Positions 1 to 10,290 of a stretch of 64,000 bases of DNA are shown piece after piece. A model generated the notes under the pieces. That model made no database searches. It was given only the letters and a program-made list of their open reading frames with translations, and had not been told where the DNA came from. A program made the position numbers and the translations under genes. Origin of the DNA: Candidatus Kapaibacterium sp. (GTDB lineage Bacteria; Bacteroidota; Ignavibacteria; Kapaibacteriales; UBA2268); contig OY761611.1 of NCBI GenBank assembly GCA_963664875.1, positions 640,001 through 704,000 on the forward strand. Reading direction: 5' to 3'. Position 1 is the stretch's first letter, and the number at the start of each line of letters is the position of its first letter.

Positions 1-1799
1 TGATCCACAATAGAATCATCTATTTCTTCATCTTCAGGATTTTTCTCTACTACTGCAACTTTTGGATCTTCTTTTTTAATTCTGGCGATTATTTGATCAC
101 GTTCCGAATCGTTATATGCATAGTATTCCTGTTTTCCTTTTTTCAATTTGTACAAAGGAGGTTGAGCGATATATAAACGTCCTGTAAGTATCAACTCTTT
201 CATGTAATTGAAGAATAGAGTCAGTAAAAGAGTTCTAATATGTGCACCATCGACATCGGCATCCGCCATCAATATGATTTTACCATATCTTGATTTTTCA
301 GCATCCATTTCAGATCCGAATCCGGCACCGACAGCAGTAATTATAGTTTTAATCTCTTCGTTGTCTAAAATTTTGTGAGGACTGGCTTTTTGCACGTTTA
401 GCACTTTACCTCTGAGTGGCAGTATTGCCTGAAATCTTCTGTCTCTACCTTGTTTTGCAGAACCACCCGCAGAATCACCTTCGACCAAATATAATTCGCA
501 ATCTTCAGGAGTTTTCATGGAGCAATCAGCAAGTTTGCCGGGCAAAGAACCTGATTCTAAAACATTCTTGCGTCGAACCATCTCTCTTGATTTTTTAGCT
601 GCAATACGTGCTTCAGCTGCAGTAACTGCTTTTTCGATTATTTTCTTAGCAACAGCAGGGCTTGAATCCAAATATTCTTTGAGTCGAATATTGACTATAC
701 CACGAACAATACTTTCTACTTCACTATTACCAAGCTTTGTTTTAGTCTGACCTTCAAACTGAGGTTCAGCAACTTTTACAGAAATGATTGCGGTAAGCCC
801 TTCTTTAAAGTCATCGCCTGTAAGCTGAAGTTTTGCTTGTTTTTTACCGTTTAGATTGTCATTGACATACTGATTTAATGTACGAGTAAGGGCAGCTCTA
901 AAACCGGATACGTGTGTACCGCCTTCGATAGTATTGATGTTATTTACATAAGAAAGTAAATTCTCACTATAACCATTATTGTACTGGAAACAAACTTCAA
1001 CCTGAGTTTCAGTTTCAGAAACACCAATATCGCTACCTTCAAAATATATAGGAGGAACTATAATTGTAGCACCTTCATCTATATATTTGACGAAATCTTT
1101 CAATCCGCCTTTATAGAAATACTCTTCGAAGCGATTTTCTCTTTCATCAGCAAGTGTAATTTTGACAGACGGATTTAGAAATGCAAGCTCTCTCAATCTT
1201 TCTGATGTTTTCTTAAATTTGAAAAGAGTAGTTGTGAAAATAGAATCGTCCGGGTAGAATCTTGTAGTTGTTCCGGTTTCTTTAGTCTGGCCGATTTCTT
1301 CTACAGGAGCTTGAGGAACACCTTTATGATAAATTTGTCTAAATATCTTACCGTCTCTTTTTACGGTAACTTCTGCAGTACTTGACAGTGCATTTACGCA
1401 CGAAACACCAACCCCGTGCAAACCGCCGGAAACTTTATATGTGTTTTTGTCAAACTTGCCACCTGCATGAAGAGTACACATTACTACTTCGAGTGTAGAT
1501 ATTTTTTTGACAGGGTGCGGCCCGGTAGGAATACCACGCCCGTTATCAGAAACAGAGCAGGAACCATCATTGTGCAAGGTAACTATGATATTATTACAGA
1601 AACCTGCAAGAGCTTCATCTATAGAGTTATCGACTACTTCTTGGATCAAATGGTGTAAACCTCTTTCGCTTACATCACCAATATACATCGCGGGGCGTTT
1701 ACGGACAGCTTCCAATCCCTCAAGAACCTTAATGCTCGATTCGCTGTAACTTACAGTAGATTTGGACTGGACTTCTTTTCCATTTTCAAGAGAATTCAT
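1..1799 (-). CDS. gyrB: DNA gyrase subunit B (partial, runs off window start)
   Basis: Read manually; absent from the ORF track because it has no stop in the window. ATG at 1799 gives MNSLENGKEVQSKSTVSYSESSIKVLEGLEAVRKRPAMYIG...EVVDNSIDE. Also LHAGGKFD, GGLHGVGVSCVNALS, and TOPRIM motifs VEGDSAGGSAKQGRDR and MADADVDGAHI. Confidence 0.96.
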   Translation of the reverse strand, partial: MNSLENGKEVQSKSTVSYSESSIKVLEGLEAVRKRPAMYIGDVSERGLHHLIQEVVDNSIDEALAGFCNNIIVTLHNDGSCSVSDNGRGIPTGPHPVKKISTLEVVMCTLHAGGKFDKNTYKVSGGLHGVGVSCVNALSSTAEVTVKRDGKIFRQIYHKGVPQAPVEEIGQTKETGTTTRFYPDDSIFTTTLFKFKKTSERLRELAFLNPSVKITLADERENRFEEYFYKGGLKDFVKYIDEGATIIVPPIYFEGSDIGVSETETQVEVCFQYNNGYSENLLSYVNNINTIEGGTHVSGFRAALTRTLNQYVNDNLNGKKQAKLQLTGDDFKEGLTAIISVKVAEPQFEGQTKTKLGNSEVESIVRGIVNIRLKEYLDSSPAVAKKIIEKAVTAAEARIAAKKSREMVRRKNVLESGSLPGKLADCSMKTPEDCELYLVEGDSAGGSAKQGRDRRFQAILPLRGKVLNVQKASPHKILDNEEIKTIITAVGAGFGSEMDAEKSRYGKIILMADADVDGAHIRTLLLTLFFNYMKELILTGRLYIAQPPLYKLKKGKQEYYAYNDSERDQIIARIKKEDPKVAVVEKNPEDEEIDDSIVD

Positions 1800-1846
1800 A
1801 ATAGAGACCGTATCTTTATAGTCAAAATATTACTTTGTATAACTTA

Positions 1847-1854
1847 CAAAAATA
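1847..1854 (-). promoter_or_regulatory. Bacteroidota-type -7 promoter box (TATTTTTG) for gyrB
   Basis: Matches TAnnTTTG in the correct orientation; a TTG lies 20 nt upstream. Confidence 0.5.
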
Positions 1855-1863
1855 CACAATTTT

Positions 1864-2166
1864 TCAACGAATTACAATCTTTTCGACCTCATCAGACTGC
1901 AATTCTTCATTGATTTTGATAATTAACTGTTCTGCTCTAAGATTGAGCTCGGTTCTCCATGTACTCGATTTTGTTCTTATCGAGAGTACTCCCTCTTTAA
2001 AAGAATCTATTTCAGTTTCTGATGCAATTTTTTCCCCAACAATCTTTTCCCACCTGTTTTTTAATTCAGCTTGTATCCACTGGTCATCCCAGCCCTTTCT
2101 CTTTGCCAATTGCTGAATTATATCTTTTAAGCTGTTTGGTTGAAATTTACTACTTAAATCTATCAT
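1864..2166 (-). CDS. dciA: DUF721/DciA family protein (helicase loader-like)
   Basis: WEKIVGEKIA...GVLSIRTKSSTWRTEL pattern; canonical position between recF and gyrB. Confidence 0.85.
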   Translation of the reverse strand: MIDLSSKFQPNSLKDIIQQLAKRKGWDDQWIQAELKNRWEKIVGEKIASETEIDSFKEGVLSIRTKSSTWRTELNLRAEQLIIKINEELQSDEVEKIVIR

Positions 2167-3299
2167 CTTTCTACCTCTTTTATCGTACCGGAATCAACAT
2201 GAAAGTAGAAACAATTGTCAGAAGGTTTCACATATTTGTTTATGTAGTCTGCATTAGTTACCGTTATAAAGGTCTGTGCCTTATTTGTACGTATATAGTC
2301 TAACACCTTTTCTGACCTTTCTGAGTCCAATTCTGAAAAAATATCATCTAATAGCACAATAGGTGTTTCTTTCTTTACTTCTTTCAAGAAAAAGAACTCT
2401 GCAAATTTTAAACTAATCAATAAAGATTTATGTTGCCCCTGAGAAGCATACTGCTTAGATAAACCGTCATTGATAAATATTTTCAGTTCGTCTTTTTGCG
2501 GTCCGAACGAACTTGTACCTCTGCGTAATTCTTCATCTATATTATCCAAAAATATTTCGTTATACTTTTGAATAATACTGTCCTTTTCCAGTTGGGTATC
2601 AGATAATCCGTAAGGTGAATATTTTAGCTCAACCGACTCTTTACCTGCACTGATTTCTTTATAAACATTACTAAAATAAACTTCAAATTCTTTGATAAAA
2701 TTGTCTCTTGCAATCACTATTTCAGCACTCGATGATATAAACATATCAGTCAGTATCTGCAGCAAATTCATATCAATTTTAATGTTCTGCTTTCTGTCAG
2801 CGAGGATTTTGTTTCTTTGTTTAAGGTATTTTTTGTTTTTTAGCACTGAGTCTATGTATTTTTTTGAGGATTGGGAGAGAATCGTATTTAAAAATTGCCT
2901 CCTATCTTCTGGAGCTCCAAAAGTTAGAGTCTTGTAGTCAGGTGACAAAATAACAACCGGCATCTCTCCTATTATATTTTTTGGTAATTGATTATCACCG
3001 TAGCTGTTGGAAAATACTTTTTTTTGACCTTTTTGATATTGTACCTTTACAAAATACTCTATCCCCAAAGAATTTTCAGCTTCGCAACGAACAAAAAGAA
3101 AATCTTTAAATTTATTGATAAGAGCAGCATCAGGAACAGCAAGAAAACTTTTTGAAAGACTGCACAATGAAATAGCTTCCAGCAAAGAAGTTTTGCCAAC
3201 GCCATTTAGCCCGTAGATTATATTTAATCCCGGGCTAAAATGTGCTGAAGTTTCTGTATGATTACGTACGTTAGATAATTTCAAAGATTTGATATACAT
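2163..3299 (-). CDS. recF: DNA replication/repair protein RecF
   Basis: Walker A GLNGVGKTSLLEAI, SQGQHKS signature, LLDDIFSELD Walker B. Confidence 0.96.
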   Translation of the reverse strand: MYIKSLKLSNVRNHTETSAHFSPGLNIIYGLNGVGKTSLLEAISLCSLSKSFLAVPDAALINKFKDFLFVRCEAENSLGIEYFVKVQYQKGQKKVFSNSYGDNQLPKNIIGEMPVVILSPDYKTLTFGAPEDRRQFLNTILSQSSKKYIDSVLKNKKYLKQRNKILADRKQNIKIDMNLLQILTDMFISSSAEIVIARDNFIKEFEVYFSNVYKEISAGKESVELKYSPYGLSDTQLEKDSIIQKYNEIFLDNIDEELRRGTSSFGPQKDELKIFINDGLSKQYASQGQHKSLLISLKFAEFFFLKEVKKETPIVLLDDIFSELDSERSEKVLDYIRTNKAQTFITVTNADYINKYVKPSDNCFYFHVDSGTIKEVER

Positions 3300-3300
3300 C

Positions 3301-4494
3301 TTAAGATATTCTAACCGGCATAATCAACATCAATAATTTATCTTCATCAGGAGTTGGTTTAACTAATGCTGGCTTAGTAGGCTCAGAAAATGTAAGTAAT
3401 ACTTGATTGTTATTACTGTCAATATTTTCAGTATGATTAAGAGCATCTTCCAAATACTTATAGTTAAAGCCGAACTCTAATGCTTCACCTTGGAAATCGC
3501 AGGCAATAGTTTCAGAAGCATTATTTCCGCTGTCTTCATCTTCACCCATAATTTCAATAGTACTTTCAGTTAGTTTTAGTCTAATCTGTTTCGAATGAGT
3601 ATTTGTAAAAATAGATACCCTTCTTATTGCAGACAATAATTCTTTTTTATCGACAATTGCCATCAGATTATTGTTTTGCGGAATAACGGATTCATAAGGA
3701 GGAAATTTTTCTTCAATAATACGAGTGATCATTACAGAGTTTCCTATCTCAAATCTTACGTGAGTGATTTTTTCATTAGATTCAATCAAAGAAAAAACTG
3801 CATCATCATCTATTTTTTTGAGCATTTCTACCGATTTGGCAGGAATAATTACTTCGAAATCTGCAGAGAAAGTAGTATTAACCGGATTGACAACCGCTTT
3901 TACTAAACGATAGCTATCAGTAGCAACAGCATTGATTGCATCTTCTTTGAACTGAAACAACACACCTGTCATTGCAGGACGAAATTCGTCAGACGAAACA
4001 GCAAATACTGTTTTATTCGCCATAGATTGCAAATCAGAGCGGGCAATAGTTGCGTAACTTGAACTTTCGCTAACTTCTCCTTCTTCAGGATTTAAATTGT
4101 TTTCTTGTTTGAAAAGTTCAGGTAAATCCAAATATTCTGTATGGCTTAAACCTTTCATTTCGTAATAGCCTTTAGCTGTTTTGAGATTAATCTCAAAGTT
4201 TTCCGGGTCAGAGACAAACTCGATTTCGCCTTCTGTGCCTAAAGCTTTAACAATCTCGTTAAACTTTCTGGCGGGAACAAGGATATCTCCATCTTCGAAA
4301 CCAATCACATCTATTTTTGTCAGGATAGTAATATCCTGATCAGTTGCTATCATCTTTAAAACATTATCTTTCAAAGAAAAATGTAAATGTTCCAAAACCG
4401 GTAAAGTTGATTTGGGAGGTATAGCAGGAAGAGTCTTTTGCAAACCTTTCTGCAACTCGGCAAGTGCTACTGAAAATTTCATATTTTTATCCAT
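3301..4494 (-). CDS. dnaN: DNA polymerase III beta sliding clamp
   Basis: ATDQDI, RPAMTGV, VATDSYRL, FPPYESVIP, C-terminal LIMPVR. Start may instead be 4482. Confidence 0.97.
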   Translation of the reverse strand: MDKNMKFSVALAELQKGLQKTLPAIPPKSTLPVLEHLHFSLKDNVLKMIATDQDITILTKIDVIGFEDGDILVPARKFNEIVKALGTEGEIEFVSDPENFEINLKTAKGYYEMKGLSHTEYLDLPELFKQENNLNPEEGEVSESSSYATIARSDLQSMANKTVFAVSSDEFRPAMTGVLFQFKEDAINAVATDSYRLVKAVVNPVNTTFSADFEVIIPAKSVEMLKKIDDDAVFSLIESNEKITHVRFEIGNSVMITRIIEEKFPPYESVIPQNNNLMAIVDKKELLSAIRRVSIFTNTHSKQIRLKLTESTIEIMGEDEDSGNNASETIACDFQGEALEFGFNYKYLEDALNHTENIDSNNNQVLLTFSEPTKPALVKPTPDEDKLLMLIMPVRIS

Positions 4495-4596
4495 CTATGA
4501 TTGATTATACCAAACAATTTCGTAATTTACTCTTTACGCTTAACGCAATTTACAAAATATCAAGAACTATTTGAATTAATATTCATAAGTAGAACT

Positions 4597-5262
4597 ATGT
4601 TAACAAGATACGGATTAGATAACGCAATTCCAATGCTTTTTGTTGGAGTCGCAATAGCATTTTCTTCTATTTATTTTGTTGATGGCATGCTTTCCATACT
4701 CCTAAGCCTGCCCGGATTTGCTCTGACAGCCTTTACTCTCTGGTTTTTCAGAGATCCGAAAAGGAATATACCTCCCGAAGTGCTGGAAGACCAATCTATG
4801 GTTATTTCACCGGCTGATGGTAAAGTAGTACAAATAATAGATGTTGAAGATAAGTATTATTTAAATAAAAAAGCTAAACAAATTAGTATCTTTTTATCTC
4901 CTTTGGACGTACATGTAAATAGGTCTCCCGTTTCCGGAGAAATAGAATATTATGACTACTTCCCGGGAAAATATTTAGTAGCTTATGCTCCGAAGGCGTC
5001 AGAAGAAAACGAACATTCAAAAATCGGTGTAAACACACCTTATGGAAAGGTTCTTTTCAAACAAATAGTCGGCATTCTTGCCAGAAGAATTGTGGCTGAT
5101 GTTAAAGTAGGCGAACAAATCAAGGCAGGTGACCAATTTGGCATGATGAAATTTGGTTCCCGTATGGATATAATTGTCGATTATGATACCAAGTTTTTTG
5201 TAGAAGTGGGACAAAGAGTAATAGGTGGTGAAACTATAATTGCCCAGCTCCCTAAAAAGTGA
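4597..5262 (+). CDS. psd: Phosphatidylserine decarboxylase proenzyme
   Basis: FFRDPKR, SPADGKV, DVHVNRSP and self-cleavage site KFGSRMD. ATG at 4597 preferred over the TTG at 4501. Confidence 0.93.
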   Translation: MLTRYGLDNAIPMLFVGVAIAFSSIYFVDGMLSILLSLPGFALTAFTLWFFRDPKRNIPPEVLEDQSMVISPADGKVVQIIDVEDKYYLNKKAKQISIFLSPLDVHVNRSPVSGEIEYYDYFPGKYLVAYAPKASEENEHSKIGVNTPYGKVLFKQIVGILARRIVADVKVGEQIKAGDQFGMMKFGSRMDIIVDYDTKFFVEVGQRVIGGETIIAQLPKK

Positions 5263-5330
5263 TTTTTGTTTTAATGGATACGAATGATTAAATTCCCAAT
5301 ATCAAGAACACAACACAAAAAGAATTATAC

Positions 5331-6116
5331 ATGAAATTAAGAATTACCAGATCAATAGTACCTAATTTACTTACACTGGCTAATCTGTTCTCAGGTTTTA
5401 CAGCAATAGTACATATAGCTGATTTACAGTTCGAAAAAGCTGCGATATTTATTCTAATGGCAGCAATTTTCGACATGTTAGACGGTGCAATGGCAAGGCT
5501 GTTTAATTCGGCTAGCGAGTTTGGAGTAGAATTAGATTCTTTATGCGATGCAGTTTCTTTTGGAGTAGCTCCATCCTATATGCTTTATAAAGCACATTTC
5601 GAGCAATATGGTGAGGTTGGTATTTTGCTGGCTGCCATACCCGCACTTGCGGGAGTTGTTCGATTGGCAAGGTTCAATGTCAAATTAAACAGCTACGAAG
5701 ATAAGAAATATTTTTACGGTCTGCCAATACCATCGGGTGCATTGACCATTATTTCCTATCTTATTTTCTTTTATCTCAGCGACAGAGTGCCAACTGATTG
5801 GAAACAAATATTGACCCCAATAGTATCATTTGGGGTTGCAACAGCTATGGTTACTATGATTAAATATCATAATATCCCTAAACCTACTAAGCGAAACTTC
5901 AAAGAATCACCACTATTGCTTATTGCAATCGGTGTGGCTATTATAGCAGGAATTGTTACTAAGGGTTTGTCCATATTCCCGACAATGGTGATATATGTAC
6001 TCGGGACGGCGCTCGTTAGGACTGTACTTTGGATCAAAGCACAAACTTCACCTGAAGATGAAATTGAAGAATACGCAGATGATACTGAAAGCGATGAAGG
6101 AAATTATAATCTATAA
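5331..6116 (+). CDS. pssA: CDP-diacylglycerol--serine O-phosphatidyltransferase
   Basis: CDP-alcohol phosphotransferase motif DMLDGAMAR...FGVELDSLCDAVSFGVAP, RLARFN; directly after psd. Confidence 0.93.
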   Translation: MKLRITRSIVPNLLTLANLFSGFTAIVHIADLQFEKAAIFILMAAIFDMLDGAMARLFNSASEFGVELDSLCDAVSFGVAPSYMLYKAHFEQYGEVGILLAAIPALAGVVRLARFNVKLNSYEDKKYFYGLPIPSGALTIISYLIFFYLSDRVPTDWKQILTPIVSFGVATAMVTMIKYHNIPKPTKRNFKESPLLLIAIGVAIIAGIVTKGLSIFPTMVIYVLGTALVRTVLWIKAQTSPEDEIEEYADDTESDEGNYNL

Positions 6117-6146
6117 GACCGAGTCAAAAGTTACAGAGAATTTTCT

Positions 6147-6154
6147 TATTTTTG
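6147..6154 (+). promoter_or_regulatory. -7 promoter box (TATTTTTG) for purS-purQ-tat
   Basis: TAnnTTTG match in the intergenic region upstream of purS. Confidence 0.45.
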
Positions 6155-6210
6155 CATAGACTATAAAAATACAATAGCATAATCAACATTCAAATATAGC
6201 AGGTATTGAA

Positions 6211-6468
6211 ATGAAAAAATTTGCTGCAAAGGTAAACATAACTCTTAGATCTGGTATCTTAGATGTGCAAGGCAAAACTGTAGAACACGCTTTACATTCT
6301 TTGGATTACAACTCACTTTCCAATATAAGAATTGGTAAATTTGTAGAACTTACAGTTGAAGCAGAAAGTGAAGAAAAAGCATTAGAAACCGTAAATAACG
6401 CTTGCAAGCAACTAATTGCAAATCCAATAATTGAAGATCATTTTGTAACTTTAGAAGAAATTAAATAG
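6211..6468 (+). CDS. purS: Phosphoribosylformylglycinamidine synthase subunit PurS
   Basis: ILDVQGKTV, RIGK, LIANPIIE motifs; 85 aa. Confidence 0.95.
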   Translation: MKKFAAKVNITLRSGILDVQGKTVEHALHSLDYNSLSNIRIGKFVELTVEAESEEKALETVNNACKQLIANPIIEDHFVTLEEIK

Positions 6469-6480
6469 TTGAGGATAAAA

Positions 6481-7173
6481 ATGAAGTTTGGAGTTGTAAT
6501 ATTTCCGGGTTCTAACTGTGATCACGATGCTTATTATGCTTCTAAGAAAAATGCTGAGCAAGAAGCTACTTTCCTTTGGCACAAAGACACAGAAATTCCT
6601 TCTGACATAGATTGCATTATCTTGCCGGGTGGTTTTTCCTATGGCGATTACCTAAGATGCGGAGCTATCTCAAGATTTTCTCCCATAATGAAAGAAGTAG
6701 TTAAGTTTGCCGAAAACGGTGGGTATGTAATGGGTATCTGCAATGGTTTTCAAGTACTTACTGAATCTCATTTACTACCGGGTGCTTTACTAAGAAATGA
6801 GTCCTTGCACTTTATTTGCAAAGATGTCCATCTAAAAGTTATGAATAATTCTACTGCATTTACGTCTGAGTTGCAGCAGGACGAAATCATCAGAATTCCT
6901 ATTGCTCATGGCGAAGGAAATTATTTTGCAGACACTGAAACTATCGAAGAATTGGAATCTAATAACCGTGTTATTTTCAGATATTCTGATAAAAACGGGA
7001 ATGTAACAAAAGAAGCAAATCCTAATGGTTCGATAAATAACATCGCAGGTATTATAAACGAGAAAGGCAATGTGCTTGGTATGATGCCTCACCCTGAAAG
7101 ATACAGCGATAGTCAGTTAGGTTGCAATGATGGTCTTGCTATATTCAAATCCTTAGTAAAACATTTTAAATAA
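6481..7173 (+). CDS. purQ: Phosphoribosylformylglycinamidine synthase subunit PurQ
   Basis: [36 protein letters not shown] at 6481 is preceded by GAGGA. Confidence 0.97.
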   Translation: MKFGVVIFPGSNCDHDAYYASKKNAEQEATFLWHKDTEIPSDIDCIILPGGFSYGDYLRCGAISRFSPIMKEVVKFAENGGYVMGICNGFQVLTESHLLPGALLRNESLHFICKDVHLKVMNNSTAFTSELQQDEIIRIPIAHGEGNYFADTETIEELESNNRVIFRYSDKNGNVTKEANPNGSINNIAGIINEKGNVLGMMPHPERYSDSQLGCNDGLAIFKSLVKHFK

Positions 7174-7192
7174 TTGAATAAGCGAGGTTGAT

Positions 7193-7366
7193 ATGCCTTT
7201 TGGATTAGGCTTACCCGAATTACTTATTATTGTAGCAGTAATTGCTTTACTTTTTGGTGGCAAAAAAATTCCTGAATTGATGCGTGGGCTTGGCTCGGGT
7301 ATTAAAGAGTTCAAAGAAGCTGCCAATGAAGGTAAAGATGATCATAAAAAGATTGATAATAAGTAA
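7193..7366 (+). CDS. tatA: Twin-arginine translocase TatA (57 aa, below ORF-track cutoff)
   Basis: Read manually: [57 protein letters not shown], with GAGGT RBS. Confidence 0.93.
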   Translation: MPFGLGLPELLIIVAVIALLFGGKKIPELMRGLGSGIKEFKEAANEGKDDHKKIDNK

Positions 7367-7380
7367 AAAAGTGTGCTAAT

Positions 7381-7782
7381 ATGTTTGATGTTGGCGGTGG
7401 AGAATTATTACTTATTGTTTTGGCAATTTTAGTATTGTTTGGTCCAAAAAAACTACCTGAAATTGCCAAAACGATGGGAAAAGGTATGCAAAAAATCAAA
7501 GAGGCTCAACAACAGTTTACTGACGAGATAAATAATATCAGTAAAGATGTTAAATCTGCTTCTGATATTGACAACTCTGGTGTTCGTGATCAGAGCTTTG
7601 ATTCGGAGCCTTCTGTTACTTATGTAAAAGAACCAACACAAAACCTCGATGACGACAATTTTGGAATTGAAGACAAAAAAGAAGAACAATTTGATGTAAA
7701 TATCAAGCCTGAAGAAATAATAGAAAAACCTAAAAACTTAGAAAACAATACCCAAACAAATGGAAACACACTCGAAAACTAA
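7381..7782 (+). CDS. tatB: TatA/TatB family translocase subunit (TatB-like)
   Basis: MFDVGGGELLLIVLAILVLFGPKKLPEIAKTMGK followed by a long acidic tail. Confidence 0.8.
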   Translation: MFDVGGGELLLIVLAILVLFGPKKLPEIAKTMGKGMQKIKEAQQQFTDEINNISKDVKSASDIDNSGVRDQSFDSEPSVTYVKEPTQNLDDDNFGIEDKKEEQFDVNIKPEEIIEKPKNLENNTQTNGNTLEN

Positions 7783-9082
7783 ATTATTAGAAACCTACAT
7801 CCTACAACCTGAAAACAGAAGTCTAATAATTACTTCCATTTTAGAGGCAATCGAGAATGACAACAATAATGTATTCTCCTATGTCAATCTCGCAATAGAG
7901 CCAAAAACTAATCTAAATCTTTCTCACTTGATTGTATCAATCAAAGACAATATCTCTCTGAAAGATATACCACTTACAGCCGGCACAAACATACTCCAAT
8001 CGATGATAATTCCTTATACTGCCACGGCAATTAAGAAATTGGAAGATGAAGGAATATCAATTATAGGCAAAACAAATCTCGATGAGTTTGCTATTGGTAC
8101 TTTAGGTGATACTTCAGCAAATGGAATTGTATTGAATCCATTAAACTCCGACTATATGGTTGGTGGCTCTTCCTCAGGTGCTGCAGCCTCTGTAGCTTCA
8201 GATTACTGTCATGTAGCCATAGCTTCTGACACTGGTGGCTCAGCCAGAATTCCGGCAGCGATGACGGGAGTATTGGGTTTCAAACCAAGCTATGGCTCGG
8301 TATCTCGTTATGGATTGCTATCATTTTCTCCAAGCTATGACCAAATCTCTTTCATTTCTAAAAATATAGACCATATTAAAGAAACTTATCTTACTTGTAG
8401 AGGAGAAGATATTGAAGATATGACTTCTGCAAATCATGAAGATGTTTCTTTCAGAGGTCATACGATAGGTGTTTTGAAACTAAAGCCCTCAGCCTCAATA
8501 TCACAGGAAGTGATTGATAATTACAATTGTTATATAGATTACCTAATGGAATTAGGTTTCATGATAAGCGAAATGGATATTCCGAATTATGAAGAAATAA
8601 TAGCAGCATATCAGGTGTTAACATCTGCTGAAGCTGCTTCGAATTTATCTCGATTTACAGGCTTGAACTATGGCACAAATCTTGGAGATTTACAGAAAAA
8701 CAGGTCTTCCTTACTCGGATATATGGTAAAAGACAGAATTATTTTAGGCAATTATGTACTTAATTTTGACGACAGTCAAATGCTATTGAAAGCTGAAACA
8801 ACCAAACATATTTTGAAAGCAAAGTTTGATAAAATTTTTGCAGAGGTAGATGTTTTAATCACTCCTACAACTCCATTACAACCGCTTATGGTCAACGAAA
8901 TATCGGACAACTCACATTTTTTTGATTTATTTACCTGCATTGCAAATTTGATTGGGGCTCCTTCGCTGGTTTTCCCTTATGGCAAATATCATACTTCAAA
9001 TCTACCGATGAGCATCCAAATAATCTCGCCTCGATTCTCTGACCTATGTCTTTTAGATTTCTACAAAGAAATTAAGTATTAG
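7760..9082 (+). CDS. Amidase-signature protein, divergent GatA-like
   Basis: SIKDN, GKTNLDEFA, GGSSSGAAA, SDTGGSAR, SNLSRFTG; GatA-like but shortened. Confidence 0.8.
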   Translation: METHSKTKLLETYILQPENRSLIITSILEAIENDNNNVFSYVNLAIEPKTNLNLSHLIVSIKDNISLKDIPLTAGTNILQSMIIPYTATAIKKLEDEGISIIGKTNLDEFAIGTLGDTSANGIVLNPLNSDYMVGGSSSGAAASVASDYCHVAIASDTGGSARIPAAMTGVLGFKPSYGSVSRYGLLSFSPSYDQISFISKNIDHIKETYLTCRGEDIEDMTSANHEDVSFRGHTIGVLKLKPSASISQEVIDNYNCYIDYLMELGFMISEMDIPNYEEIIAAYQVLTSAEAASNLSRFTGLNYGTNLGDLQKNRSSLLGYMVKDRIILGNYVLNFDDSQMLLKAETTKHILKAKFDKIFAEVDVLITPTTPLQPLMVNEISDNSHFFDLFTCIANLIGAPSLVFPYGKYHTSNLPMSIQIISPRFSDLCLLDFYKEIKY

Positions 9083-10191
9083 TCTATATAAACCCTTTTA
9101 ACTCTTTCAGTTAGAGCAGTAGTAATTTCGTAAGGTATTGTATTTATATTGCTTGCAAGTTCGTATATACTTATCTCCTGAGTTTCAGATTTCCCCATTA
9201 GTATCACCTCATCACCAATTTTTACAGAATCATTACCTTTGCCAAGATTTACCATAATCTCATCCATGCACACAGTGCCGATTATTGGGTATCTTCTGTC
9301 ATTAATAATTACACTGCTTTTATTGGTATGAGCTCTGGAATAGCCATCACCATAACCGGTTGAAATTACTGCAATTTTAGTATCTCTGTCAGCAATATAT
9401 CTGAAAGAATAACCTGTGGTCTCTCCCTCATTCAGATCTCTGACTTCTATTACATGAGATTTTAAAGTCATCACCGGATGCAAATTTACTTTTTCCTGAA
9501 GGAATGATTCGCCTTGATAGCCATAAATGAAAATGCCCGGGCGCACCATACTGTGATGAGATTCAGGTAGTTGCAAAATACCGGCACTGTTAGCTATATG
9601 TTTGAAATTGAATTTATATCCTGATATTTCAAGTAGTTCCGCAGTTTTATTAAAAGTATCCAATTGCTTTTGACTATAAGTTAAATCCGTAGAATCTGCA
9701 CTACAAAAATGAGATTGGAGCCCTTCAATATTTATTCCTTTGAGATTGGATATTTTATCCATAAACTCAACAGCAGTTTTTGGATCAATCCCATCTCGAT
9801 TCATACCGGTATTTAGAAATACATGGACAGTTACAGTTTTATTCTGCAATAAAGCTTTTTCTGATAGCTTTTCGCAAAACTCAACCCGGCTAACCGAGCA
9901 TTGCAAATCATAATCTAAAATTGTATCGATATCAGATTCGAGAGGTGGCACAATAATATGAATTTTGCTATCGCAACCTGAAAGTCTAATCTTTTTGCCT
10001 TCTTCCGCCCAAGCAACGCCTAATACATTTATTCCTAATTCGTTTAGTTTTTTAGATATAGGGATAATTCCATGCCCGTAAGCATTAGATTTTATTATAG
10101 GTAGTATTTCAGAATTGCCTACAAGTTTTCTAATAGTCTCAATATTCTGTTGAAAACTATTTAGGTTAATTTCGCAAAAAGTGCCGTTCAT
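9079..10191 (-). CDS. alr: Alanine racemase
   Basis: PLP lysine motif IIKSNAYGHG, TGMNRDG, VRPGI, GYGDGY, GTVCMD, TIPYEI. Confidence 0.96.
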   Translation of the reverse strand: MNGTFCEINLNSFQQNIETIRKLVGNSEILPIIKSNAYGHGIIPISKKLNELGINVLGVAWAEEGKKIRLSGCDSKIHIIVPPLESDIDTILDYDLQCSVSRVEFCEKLSEKALLQNKTVTVHVFLNTGMNRDGIDPKTAVEFMDKISNLKGINIEGLQSHFCSADSTDLTYSQKQLDTFNKTAELLEISGYKFNFKHIANSAGILQLPESHHSMVRPGIFIYGYQGESFLQEKVNLHPVMTLKSHVIEVRDLNEGETTGYSFRYIADRDTKIAVISTGYGDGYSRAHTNKSSVIINDRRYPIIGTVCMDEIMVNLGKGNDSVKIGDEVILMGKSETQEISIYELASNINTIPYEITTALTERVKRVYID

Positions 10192-10239
10192 AGCTAATTT
10201 TCTTCCAGTTTATGCCGATAATAGAAATATTGAAGTGGG

Positions 10240-10290
10240 AATGCTTCCTCTATGCAATAAACACAATCCCCCGCACAGAGCAAAAGCATT
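10240..10290 (-). promoter_or_regulatory. Putative structured 5' leader hairpin upstream of alr
   Basis: Minus-strand AATGCTT..CTCTGTGC-loop-GCATAGAG.AAGCATT pairing, lying between a TATTTTTG box (10311-10318) and the alr ATG. Confidence 0.4.

Noticed and set aside
416-1749. Short plus-strand ORFs over gyrB
   Set aside because: Antisense shadows of gyrB, which the ORF track missed because it lacks a stop in the window.
4495-4596. Candidate oriC upstream of dnaN
   Set aside because: Only two-mismatch DnaA-box-like words, and the region is short; it looks like a divergent promoter region.
4501-4596. N-terminal extensions in the ORF track (psd 4501, purQ 6469, ybjN 27655, pgk2 46624, gcvPA 46720, ROK 48415, DUF5683 49805)
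   Set aside because: Downstream ATGs match family N-termini and often have an RBS; several extensions run through promoters or terminators.
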